A DNA stretch of 64,000 bases from Candidatus Obscuribacterales bacterium (GTDB lineage: Bacteria; Cyanobacteriota; Vampirovibrionia; Obscuribacterales; Obscuribacteraceae), in assembly GCA_041675385.1 (NCBI GenBank), contig JBAYTY010000009.1, positions 14,237-78,236 on the forward strand, given 5' to 3'. This document shows, one piece after another, positions 17,008 to 24,993 of the stretch. Numbering within the stretch: position 1 is the stretch's first letter; each line of letters opens with the position of its first letter. The notes beneath the pieces were generated by a model, which did not search any database, was not told the DNA's origin, and saw only the letters and a list, made by a program, of their open reading frames with translations. The translations under genes were made by a program, and so were the position numbers.

Positions 17008-17574
17008 TCAGACGAACCTGCAAAAATTCCACAAGAAGTGAAGAAGGATGCAGATATTTACACTTGAGAACCTGCGATAAGAAATGGCTAGCAAAATACC
17101 CAGCAGCAATACAGCATAGTAATTTGTGAATCGAAGATTATGAAAACTGACAAAGATAGCAACATTCAAGAGGAACGGCTTGAATGAATTTTCTCCGTAC
17201 GTGTTCTTGAGTGCTCGCATGAGAACTCCACGAAATAGCAATTCTTCACTAAAGGAAGCCATAAGAACATCCCTGAAAAATTCGTACGAAAATAGCTCTG
17301 GTGCTCTTATTGCTGGACTTGACAGTTTGAGGGTCATGCGGATCACTAAAGTCGCAACAACTAAAAAAGAAAGATCTTTGACGCATTCCCATTTACCAAT
17401 TTGGAATTGTGATTTCCCTAACAGCTCGTCTAAAGTTGTTTTCAAATCTCTTCTGCGATAGATCAAAAAGCATGAAAGAAGGAATGGAAGTATGTATAAG
17501 TAGACGGACATGAACGTTTGACGCCAAAGACTCAAGCCAATCAAATAACAAATTACTGTAGAACTAGAAGGCAC
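17008..17574 (-). CDS. CPBP (CAAX/Abi) family intramembrane metalloprotease-like protein
   Basis: The three family motifs are present in order, SEELLFRG (EExxxR), VSFHNL (FxxxH) and HFLWN (HxxxN), within a multi-TM protein. The start is uncertain (17574 or ATG 17511). Confidence 0.85.
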   Translation of the reverse strand: MPSSSTVICYLIGLSLWRQTFMSVYLYILPFLLSCFLIYRRRDLKTTLDELLGKSQFQIGKWECVKDLSFLVVATLVIRMTLKLSSPAIRAPELFSYEFFRDVLMASFSEELLFRGVLMRALKNTYGENSFKPFLLNVAIFVSFHNLRFTNYYAVLLLGILLAISYRRFSSVNICILLHFLWNFCRFV

Positions 17575-17735
17575 TCTTTGAAACCAATTTGGGGGTGACT
17601 TGGGAACACTATTTGTAGCTGTCTGGCTTTGCTAGGCGTTAGCTATGTCTATTGTTCCACTTTGAAGAGCAAAACAAATAGTTTTGATTGATGTTATGTA
17701 TTATCAGCGCTTGCTAATGCTGTAAAAGCTTACTT

Positions 17736-17783
17736 GGAGAGGGTTTTCGGGATTGAATTAATCCGCCCTCTCCTCTTTTTTTT
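17736..17783 (+). terminator. Orphan intrinsic terminator on the plus strand
   Basis: GGAGAGGG..CGGGATTGAATTAATCCG..CCCTCTCC followed by TCTTTTTTTTT. No plus-strand gene lies upstream. Confidence 0.55.
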
Positions 17784-17925
17784 ATCTCGAAAATGCTCTA
17801 CTATAGAATGTTTTAGGGTGTGGCCAAGGCTAGCCGAAAATCGACGCAACCATGCGGGTTCCACTGGTCTAGACTCCGGGGGGCCGATAAAAAATTTCGG
17901 CTATCTTGCAAAGGGGCTCTGCTGC

Positions 17926-18570
17926 TTAGCGCTTCTTGAGAAGTTTCTTCCCGTCAGGCCTTAGCGCCCCAGCCGGACTGACATAGCGGTAAAGAGTCTG
18001 GCGGCTTATGCCCAGTTCCTCGCACAGATCATTGACTACTGTACCGGGTCTGCCCATTGCCGCCTTGGCCATGTGCACTTTCGCTGGCGTCATAGTGTGG
18101 CGACGACCACCGACCCGTCCACGGGCTCTAGCGGCTGCTAGCCCGGCCCGTGTTCGCTCAGAGATAAGAGAGTGTTCATAGTCAGCTAGCGCCGCGAAGA
18201 TCCCGAAAATCAGTTTGCCAGAAGACGTGGTGGTATCAATACTGCCACCCTGGCCTGTTAGCACCTTTAGCTTGACTCTGCGTTTTGAGAGGTCTTGAAT
18301 GAGATTGACTAAGTGAGTTAGGTCACGGCCAAGGCGATCGAGCTTCCAAACAATTAGGGTGTCGCCTTCACGCAGCGCTTTTAGGCAGGCGTCTAGACCA
18401 GGGCGGTCATCTTTCTTGCCTGAGGCGTGGTCCTCATACATTCGCTTCTTCGTGACGCCAGCGGCCACGAGAGCGTCCTTTTGTAAATCGACAGTTTGGG
18501 AGCCGTCGGCTTTGGATACTCGCATATAGCCTATTAGCAATTTTTTTTGCCCCTCTGTTGGTGCAGTCAC
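17926..18570 (-). CDS. Serine recombinase (resolvase/invertase family, Tn3 TnpR-like)
   Basis: LLIGYMRVSKADGSQTVDLQ carries the catalytic Ser. Also present are ..GDTLIVWKLDRLGRD.., ..FAALADYEHSLISERT.. and a C-terminal HTH (ISRQTLYRYV). Confidence 0.95.
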   Translation of the reverse strand: MTAPTEGQKKLLIGYMRVSKADGSQTVDLQKDALVAAGVTKKRMYEDHASGKKDDRPGLDACLKALREGDTLIVWKLDRLGRDLTHLVNLIQDLSKRRVKLKVLTGQGGSIDTTTSSGKLIFGIFAALADYEHSLISERTRAGLAAARARGRVGGRRHTMTPAKVHMAKAAMGRPGTVVNDLCEELGISRQTLYRYVSPAGALRPDGKKLLKKR

Positions 18571-18619
18571 TTATACGGCCGTTTGCAGAACAAATTATTT
18601 TCAAGCAAAAACAGTCGAT

Positions 18620-18705
18620 TTTGTGTCACTTATCCAGTCACTTTATCAATGCTCTATAAACTTGGGAAATTTAGTTAAGTGACAAACTTAAACAGTCGTG
18701 ACTCT
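18620..18705. promoter_or_regulatory. Putative res / recombinase-binding repeats upstream of the resolvase gene
   Basis: TGTCACTTA (18624-18632) is inverted as TAAGTGACA (18676-18684). Additional AGTCACTT (18637) and AGTCGTGACT (18694) half-sites are present. Confidence 0.35.
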
Positions 18706-18784
18706 TGAGGTGGAACACTTTGCGGGAAGCCGGTCACAGGGCCAACCTTCTCATTAAGTCAAATGGCGGGTATAAGTTATTACG

Positions 18785-19906
18785 TCATTTTGCAACGCGG
18801 AAAGCCTTTCCATCGTCACCTCCAATAACTTGAGTTTCGACCACTTTGTCGTTTCGAAGAGTTACGTACAGGATTCGGCCGCTCAAATCGCCGAGCCCGG
18901 CTACATCCCAGCTCAATATTTTGTCTCCGTTTCCATTTACAACAGCGTCATCAAATCGATTACCCTTGGGCAATAGTTCTCTCACTTCTCTTTCATTTTT
19001 CGAATAGAGCCAGTGCGAGTCTTCAAGCGCATCGGCTACAAGTGAACGAACACCGATGGGAAAATCGTGATTCCAAAAGAAATAGTAAAAGGGGCGTGGA
19101 TACTCAAGCACCACAGTCATTAACGTAAATGCAAGGAATGAGCCTGAAAGCCATTTCAGTTGCTTGCTTAATCGGTTTCTTCTTCGTTCGGTAATCTCAT
19201 CAAATGAAAGCGGCTCTGCTGCTTGCGCCTCAAGCGCGGCAACACTGCTAGAAAGCCAGTGCATATACCATTTAGAAAAGGTAACAGTGTGACCATCATC
19301 ATCCAGTAGTGGAGCTAAGCCGTTTCTATCTGCCCTTCTATCAAACCAGAGCGACCCGGCTTGATCACCTTTAACTACCAGCCATATTCTCAAACCGCAA
19401 CCTTGATGGCAGATTGGAATAGCACCATTCAAGTTTTCAGCGGCAAAATAAACGCTTTCAAATTGGTCAAGCTCTGCTCCGTTTCCGCTGATTTTATCAG
19501 GATAAGAAATGTTCCAGGCCGTTCGATGTGGAAAGGGTTCGCTTATTGCACCAATCAATTTATCCCAGTTTTCCAATCCTGTTGGGCTTGAATCGCTCTT
19601 CCCTAGAGGAAATACACCATAGTATGGCCCGGCACCGCCATTGCCGACTTCAGTTAGAAAGTAGCGATAATCATCTGGAAGATACAGTTCGTGCTCAGCT
19701 TCGAATGCCGTTACCAGGCTCTCATCTAACGGTGCATTGAGAGAGTAGTGATGGTCTTTTGCACCAAATAATTGAGAGCCCCTGTCCAGGTCTATCAGAC
19801 GCGGCAGGAGTGATTTTATATTGGCAGCATTAAATTCAGAACTACTGGTCATCATCCTTTTTTTTTGTAACTGCCCAGGCCGCATTAAGCAATTTAGTCT
19901 ACCCAT
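18785..19906 (-). CDS. SMI1/KNR4 (SUKH-1) family protein with a central TM segment and extra C-terminal domain
   Basis: LPDDYRYFLTEVGNGGAGPYYGVFPL and ..IPICHQGCGLRIWLVVKGDQAGSLWFD are typical SMI1/KNR4 signatures. A hydrophobic segment, LSGSFLAFTLMTVVL, follows. The start is uncertain (19906, 19885 or 19855/19852). Confidence 0.8.
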   Translation of the reverse strand: MGRLNCLMRPGQLQKKRMMTSSSEFNAANIKSLLPRLIDLDRGSQLFGAKDHHYSLNAPLDESLVTAFEAEHELYLPDDYRYFLTEVGNGGAGPYYGVFPLGKSDSSPTGLENWDKLIGAISEPFPHRTAWNISYPDKISGNGAELDQFESVYFAAENLNGAIPICHQGCGLRIWLVVKGDQAGSLWFDRRADRNGLAPLLDDDGHTVTFSKWYMHWLSSSVAALEAQAAEPLSFDEITERRRNRLSKQLKWLSGSFLAFTLMTVVLEYPRPFYYFFWNHDFPIGVRSLVADALEDSHWLYSKNEREVRELLPKGNRFDDAVVNGNGDKILSWDVAGLGDLSGRILYVTLRNDKVVETQVIGGDDGKAFRVAK

Positions 19907-20054
19907 CGATTTTAATCAATTCATACGGCTCATATCTTGTCAAATCCACTATTTCATCAGCCAGTTGCTGCGAGTGGTTGGTTAACCACGCGTGAGTATC
20001 TCTTGATGCCCTTGCAATTGGCTTTGGAAGCAAGTCTTACAAACCTGATTGCAT

Positions 20055-20381
20055 TTATGCCGCATCAATTTCTAGAATAAATTTGACTCTGTGCCCTAGT
20101 TTGGTCAAGTATTCTAACAGTCTATCCACACTGAAATGTTTTGTGTTTAAGGCCATAATGTCGGCAATGCGCGGCTGTGTTGTACCAAGCAGTTGAGCCG
20201 CTTCACGCTGAGAGCAGTGTTTCTCTTGCAAAATCCTGCGGACTTGAACCATCAGCTCAGTGCGAGCAAACAAGCTAGCAGCTGCGGCATCGCTGAATCC
20301 AATATCCTCGAAAACATTGCCGCAGCTTTCCTCAATTTGCGGAATTTTATTATTTCCTTCTTTCTTGCTGCATTTGGGCAT
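20055..20381 (-). CDS. XRE-family HTH antitoxin-like protein (HigA/Gp49-partner type)
   Basis: NVFEDIGFSD...QREAAQLLGTTQPRIADIMALNTKHFSVDRLLEYL is the usual antitoxin layout found downstream of RelE/ParE (Gp49-like) toxins. Confidence 0.8.
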   Translation of the reverse strand: MPKCSKKEGNNKIPQIEESCGNVFEDIGFSDAAAASLFARTELMVQVRRILQEKHCSQREAAQLLGTTQPRIADIMALNTKHFSVDRLLEYLTKLGHRVKFILEIDAA

Positions 20382-20523
20382 ATGCTTCCCTCGCTTGTTT
20401 TAAGTCGATTGCGGATTTTGCTCTGGTCTTTTTCTCAAAGCAATGAAGCACGTATTTGAAAAGCCAGGCGGCTATTAAGAACCCAGGAAAGCTTTTTGAG
20501 TGGCAGCCTATCCATAGAATCCA
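20350..20523 (-). pseudogene. Remnant of a RelE/ParE (Gp49-like) toxin gene
   Basis: Own translation gives ..KSFPGFLIAAWLFKYVLHCFEKKTRAKSAIDLKQAREAYAQMQQERRK*. The conserved YVLHxFxKKT..I..A...Y C-terminus is present. There is an in-frame stop at 20524-20526, no start codon, and the central part of the family is missing. It overlaps the antitoxin start. Confidence 0.6.
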
Positions 20524-20707
20524 TTATGCCAAATTTTGCATAATGGCCAATCAACAGTTCAAAGATGTTTTTGCCCCACTAAGAGCATTCTAACTTTTCT
20601 TGATATAAGCTGACAGACTTAATTTTCTGGAGTATTTTTGACTCTCTAGACTTGTCTGACCGGCTAGCCGTTGTCGTAGACGCAGCATTTGAATTTGGAG
20701 AAAAATA

Positions 20708-23700
20708 TTGCGAATTTCTGAGAAAGAAGTCTATGACTATTTCGGCTACACCTACGCCACGCGCGGAGACTCTTATCAGCGCGGTCGAAGGGTTTTGGAG
20801 TTTTTGTTCGATGAGAAAAATCTAGCATTATCAGGAAGGGTTCGTGGCGGTGATTCGCAGCCGTACAATGTTTCAGTCAAGCTCAAGCCTGACGGTTTAA
20901 AGATTGCCAACGCTAGATGCAGCTGCCCTATGGGTGGTTTCTGCAAGCACTCTGCTGCACTTTTGCTTCACGCTATTAGGGCTGGTTTGTTCGGTGTATC
21001 TGAGCGCTATTCTTCAACTCAGGTTGTTCTAGACGAGTTTGACCAGGTTGTAAATCCTGTTTCTCGGTTTGGTCAAAGCCGGGCTACTTCTGCTCAGTCA
21101 ACAGCGCCCCTGTTGACCGTTGCTAAGCCCGTGAAGCTATCTTGGCATTTTACCAATTGGGTTGAAGGTCTTAGCGCCGCACTAACAGAAGCGCCACAAG
21201 ATCCAGATTCAACTTCAAATACAAATTCTAACGCTGGTGCAAAAGCGCGGCAGCTCGATTCTGTCCTCTATCATCTAAGCATATTTTCAAATGGAAGATT
21301 TCGACTTGCCGCTTCACACGCCCGTAAGCTCAAGACCGGCGGCTGGGGCCGTGCCCAGAAAGCTGAATTCGAGCGTCTTGCAGCTAAGTCTGCCGCTTAT
21401 GTCACTGAAGACGACTGCGAAATTGCCAAGCTATTCTTATCTGGGAGGGATAGCTCTAGTTGGTACGATCGCGATAATTTTCCTGACATTGCTAGTCTTT
21501 GTGAAATTCTAGTTGATAAACTTTTGAAGACTGGTCGCTGTTATTGGAAAGAAGATGATGTGCCCCTCTCAGCGGGACCGCCGAAGCAGGGTAAGCTGAG
21601 ATGGGAGGCTGTTGCCCAAGGTAAGCAAGTTCTTCGTTGCAACACCGAGCAGGCCGGCGATATTACTGCCATTGCCGGTGTCGCTTGGTATATTGATCCC
21701 TTCGCTAAGCAGATGGGCCTTTTAGAGTTGCCACTACCCTTGGCGGCAGTTAAAACTATCTTTGCTGCTCCTTCGGTAGATCCTGAAGAGGTTGAAGCCG
21801 CATCGCTTGCCTTGGCAAAATTCGGCGCTGTTATTCCGATGCTGAAAAGCAAGTACAAAACCGAGACGATTGTGGTCAAGCCTACGCCATGCTTGAGGCT
21901 AGAAACTTACCAACCATCTGCTTCGTATCTTGGATACAATCGTAAAAGTAATCCTCAGGCAGTTCTGCACTTCGACTATGGTGATAGCTTTGTTGATTCT
22001 AAGGCTACTGAGAGTCGCTGCATTGAAGGCGATAAGCTCATTATTCGACAGAAAGACAATAGTGATGAAGGCAAATATTCATTGCAGCTTCTAGAGTTCG
22101 GTCTTAGGCGCTATCACGACAATCCTCATCCACTGAATACTATGTTATTCACCTTTCCGGCCAGTGCAGAAGATAAGTGGTTTAGCTTTGCTTCTGATGC
22201 TCTGCCCGCGTTGAAAGAGCAAGGCTGGCAGATTGAGATTGATAAGTCGTTCAGCTATGAGGCCGTAATTCCAGAAGAAGAGTGGACAGCTGATGCCGCA
22301 GAGGGCTCTGACTTCTGGTTCTCCCTTGATTTGGGCATCACTATTGAAGGTAGGCGTGTGCCCCTTCTTCCCATTGTTCATGAGGCTTTGAGACGAGTCG
22401 TTGGTGACAATCCGCTGGTTGAGATTGAGCAGCTAAATCGCAACGGAATTTTCTATGCACCACTTAAAGATGGTCGGCAGGTGGCTTTGCCATTTGAACG
22501 TGTAAGAGACATTGTTGGTGTGCTCTTAGAGTTGTTTGATAAAGACCCTAACTCCTTTGTCAAAGGTGCTGAAGTATCTCTGCCGCAAATTTTAGATTTG
22601 TCCAAGTTCGTTTCTGATCAGTCTGATAGCGCGTTTGCTTGGAAGATTGGCAAGAAACTCAAAGCATTGATGGATAAAGTTAGAGCCTTTGACGGTCTCA
22701 AGGCTGTTGTGCCACCTAAAGGCTTCAAAGCCGAACTGCGGCCTTATCAGTTAGAGGGCCTCAGTTGGTTGAACTTTTTGAGAGAGTTCGAACTTGGTGG
22801 CATACTTGCTGACGATATGGGTTTGGGTAAAACTGTGCAAACCCTCGCGCATGTTGCCCTAGAAAAACACGAGAAGCGCCTTGATAAGCCATTCCTTGTA
22901 ATTTGTCCGACGTCTGTTCTGCCTAACTGGATTAGCGAAATTGAAAAGTTTGCGCCTAAATTAAAAGTGACAGCTCTGTCTGGGCCTGAGCGTTCTCTCA
23001 ATTTTTCTAAGATCGCTGGAAGCGATATCGTTGTTACGACCTACCCACTGGTGGCACGTGATGAGAAAACGCTTGCCAAACAAAAGTGGAAGGCTGTTAT
23101 TCTCGATGAGGCGCAGTCGATCAAGAATCCGGGCACCCTTGCCGCTCAAGCTGTGTGTCGGTTGCGCAGTGACTATAGAATCTGTCTGACCGGTACACCA
23201 ATTGAAAATCACCTTGGTGAACTTTGGTCGCAGTTCAATTTTCTTATGCCTGGCTTTTTGAAAGACTTGCCGACATTTACGCGAAAGTTTCGCACCCCGA
23301 TAGAAAAACAAAAGAATCAAGTCTTACAGAAAGTACTGGCAGCAAAGGTTCGACCGTTTCTCTTGCGCCGAACCAAAGAGCTTGTTGCTAAAGATTTGCC
23401 AGAGAAAACTATCATGATTAAAAGCGTCGAGCTAGAGGGCGCGCAGCGTGATTTGTATGAGACTGTGCGTGTGGCGATGTATGAGAAAGTCAAAGAGGCT
23501 CTAGCTTCTAAGGGCTTGGCCAAGAGCCAAATAATTATTTTAGATGCCATGCTCAAGCTACGTCAGGTATGCTGTGACCCGCGTTTGGTCTCGCTCACTG
23601 CGGCAAAGAAGGTTCAGTCAACGGCAAAGTTGGAACTTCTTTTAGAAATGATTGAAGAGTTAGTGGCTGAAGGCAAGAAGATTTTACTGTTTTCGCAGTT

Positions 23701-24205
23701 TACCAGTATGCTCGATTTGATTATTCCTGAGTTGAATAAGCGTAAAATCGATTTCGTGCAGATTCGCGGTGACACTAGGGACCGGGCCATTCCGGTTAAA
23801 CTGTTTCAGAATGGTGATGTGCCACTCTTTCTGCTTAGTCTGAAGGCTGGTGGCACAGGGCTCAACCTTACTGCTGCTGACACTGTCATACACTATGATC
23901 CTTGGTGGAATCCGGCTGTCGAAAATCAGGCCACAGACAGAGCGCATAGAATCGGTCAGATGAAGGCCGTGTTTGTCTTTAAGTTGATTGCTACAGGCAC
24001 CATTGAAGAGCGTATGCTTGAGCTGCAAGATAGAAAGAAAGCCATTGCCGAGGGCATGTATGGCGATGAGAATGCTGTTCTTACGGCGCTTACTGCTGCT
24101 GACCTTGAGGTGTTCTTCAAGCCATTGTCCGATTCTGCGGGTCTTGCTCCCCAAATTGGTCAACTCCCGGCAAGCAGAAAGAAACTGAGCCTTGTCGAGT
24201 TCTAG
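20708..24205 (+). CDS. SNF2-family helicase with N-terminal SWIM zinc finger
   Basis: SWIM motif: CSCPMGGFCKHSAALLLH. SNF2 motifs: LRPYQLEGLSWL, ADDMGLGKT, DEAQSIKN, LTGTPIEN, and a helicase-C region ..YDPWWNPAVENQATDRAHRIGQ. A TTG start has a GGAG 9 nt upstream. Confidence 0.95.
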   Translation: MRISEKEVYDYFGYTYATRGDSYQRGRRVLEFLFDEKNLALSGRVRGGDSQPYNVSVKLKPDGLKIANARCSCPMGGFCKHSAALLLHAIRAGLFGVSERYSSTQVVLDEFDQVVNPVSRFGQSRATSAQSTAPLLTVAKPVKLSWHFTNWVEGLSAALTEAPQDPDSTSNTNSNAGAKARQLDSVLYHLSIFSNGRFRLAASHARKLKTGGWGRAQKAEFERLAAKSAAYVTEDDCEIAKLFLSGRDSSSWYDRDNFPDIASLCEILVDKLLKTGRCYWKEDDVPLSAGPPKQGKLRWEAVAQGKQVLRCNTEQAGDITAIAGVAWYIDPFAKQMGLLELPLPLAAVKTIFAAPSVDPEEVEAASLALAKFGAVIPMLKSKYKTETIVVKPTPCLRLETYQPSASYLGYNRKSNPQAVLHFDYGDSFVDSKATESRCIEGDKLIIRQKDNSDEGKYSLQLLEFGLRRYHDNPHPLNTMLFTFPASAEDKWFSFASDALPALKEQGWQIEIDKSFSYEAVIPEEEWTADAAEGSDFWFSLDLGITIEGRRVPLLPIVHEALRRVVGDNPLVEIEQLNRNGIFYAPLKDGRQVALPFERVRDIVGVLLELFDKDPNSFVKGAEVSLPQILDLSKFVSDQSDSAFAWKIGKKLKALMDKVRAFDGLKAVVPPKGFKAELRPYQLEGLSWLNFLREFELGGILADDMGLGKTVQTLAHVALEKHEKRLDKPFLVICPTSVLPNWISEIEKFAPKLKVTALSGPERSLNFSKIAGSDIVVTTYPLVARDEKTLAKQKWKAVILDEAQSIKNPGTLAAQAVCRLRSDYRICLTGTPIENHLGELWSQFNFLMPGFLKDLPTFTRKFRTPIEKQKNQVLQKVLAAKVRPFLLRRTKELVAKDLPEKTIMIKSVELEGAQRDLYETVRVAMYEKVKEALASKGLAKSQIIILDAMLKLRQVCCDPRLVSLTAAKKVQSTAKLELLLEMIEELVAEGKKILLFSQFTSMLDLIIPELNKRKIDFVQIRGDTRDRAIPVKLFQNGDVPLFLLSLKAGGTGLNLTAADTVIHYDPWWNPAVENQATDRAHRIGQMKAVFVFKLIATGTIEERMLELQDRKKAIAEGMYGDENAVLTALTAADLEVFFKPLSDSAGLAPQIGQLPASRKKLSLVEF

Positions 24206-24251
24206 TTTGGCTTAAGACCAAATGCCTGGGTTTTCCTTGCTCATTTATACA

Positions 24252-24923
24252 TTACTTTGCTTTTGCAGTGCGCTTCAACAGCGATCGCATGGTTGCCATA
24301 TCGGCGTCGCCTAGCGCTTTCTCTCCGCGTAAATAATATGCTTTCGCTCGGTTTTCGTAACTGCCAGCATATTCGGGGCGCAATTTAATTGATGCCGTAA
24401 GATCGTCAATTGCCAGCTTGCTGTGGCCGGTTTTGAGGTAGCAGAATGAGCGGGCCTGGTAGGCAAAGAATTTGAAGGCGTTTTTGTCGACAACCGATGG
24501 GCCAACGTGCCAGGTGGTCTTCTTGAGAGGGGCCGTAGGAAGCAAGGTCAGTGCTGTGGTCAAATCTGACTCGGCCTGATCGTATTGTTTGTCTTCCATG
24601 GCCCTGAAACCCTTGCTTAAAGCCAGCTCGGCCCCTTCGAGTTTGATAACTGGCGCCAGAATGGCATCTGATGGATCCATCTTGTCAGTTAAAATTCGTT
24701 TGTCTAAATTCTCTTTTGCCAGATCATACTTTTGGGAATCAATTTTGGTATTGTCAGCGGTGCTATGATAGCGGCTGAGCTTGCTGGCATTCTTCTGTAC
24801 TGAGTCAACGCAATACCAAGTTACTGAGCCAATTGCGCAGGCAACTACGGCTATTGCTATGGCGAACAGCCAATTTAGCACGGTGGTGCTTGTTTGTGGA
24901 TGTTGGGGACCGTTCATCTTCAC
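24252..24923 (-). CDS. Membrane-anchored TPR-repeat protein
   Basis: An N-terminal TM helix (LNWLFAIAIAVVACAIGSVTWYCV) is followed by TPR-like repeats (..AIDDLTASIKLRPEYAGSYENRAKAYYLRGE..). Confidence 0.7.
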   Translation of the reverse strand: MKMNGPQHPQTSTTVLNWLFAIAIAVVACAIGSVTWYCVDSVQKNASKLSRYHSTADNTKIDSQKYDLAKENLDKRILTDKMDPSDAILAPVIKLEGAELALSKGFRAMEDKQYDQAESDLTTALTLLPTAPLKKTTWHVGPSVVDKNAFKFFAYQARSFCYLKTGHSKLAIDDLTASIKLRPEYAGSYENRAKAYYLRGEKALGDADMATMRSLLKRTAKAK

Positions 24924-24993
24924 GTGATTATTATCCCACGCGCCTTTCTATTTTTGAGCTTCTGAGATCAATTTATCCTAGGAGAGTGGATGA

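Noticed and set aside
17585-17790. Possible tmRNA, because the segment starts GGGGGTGA and ends in a strong hairpin
   Set aside because: The 3' side has no sequence complementary to the 5' end that could form an acceptor stem. There is no 7-nt T-loop arm (the GGATT/AATCC stem has a 5-nt loop), no CCA-proximal structure and no tag-peptide reading frame.
17734-17964. ORF 17734..17964 (+) as a gene
   Set aside because: It starts inside the terminator hairpin and overlaps the resolvase 3' end. It has no SD or recognisable family.
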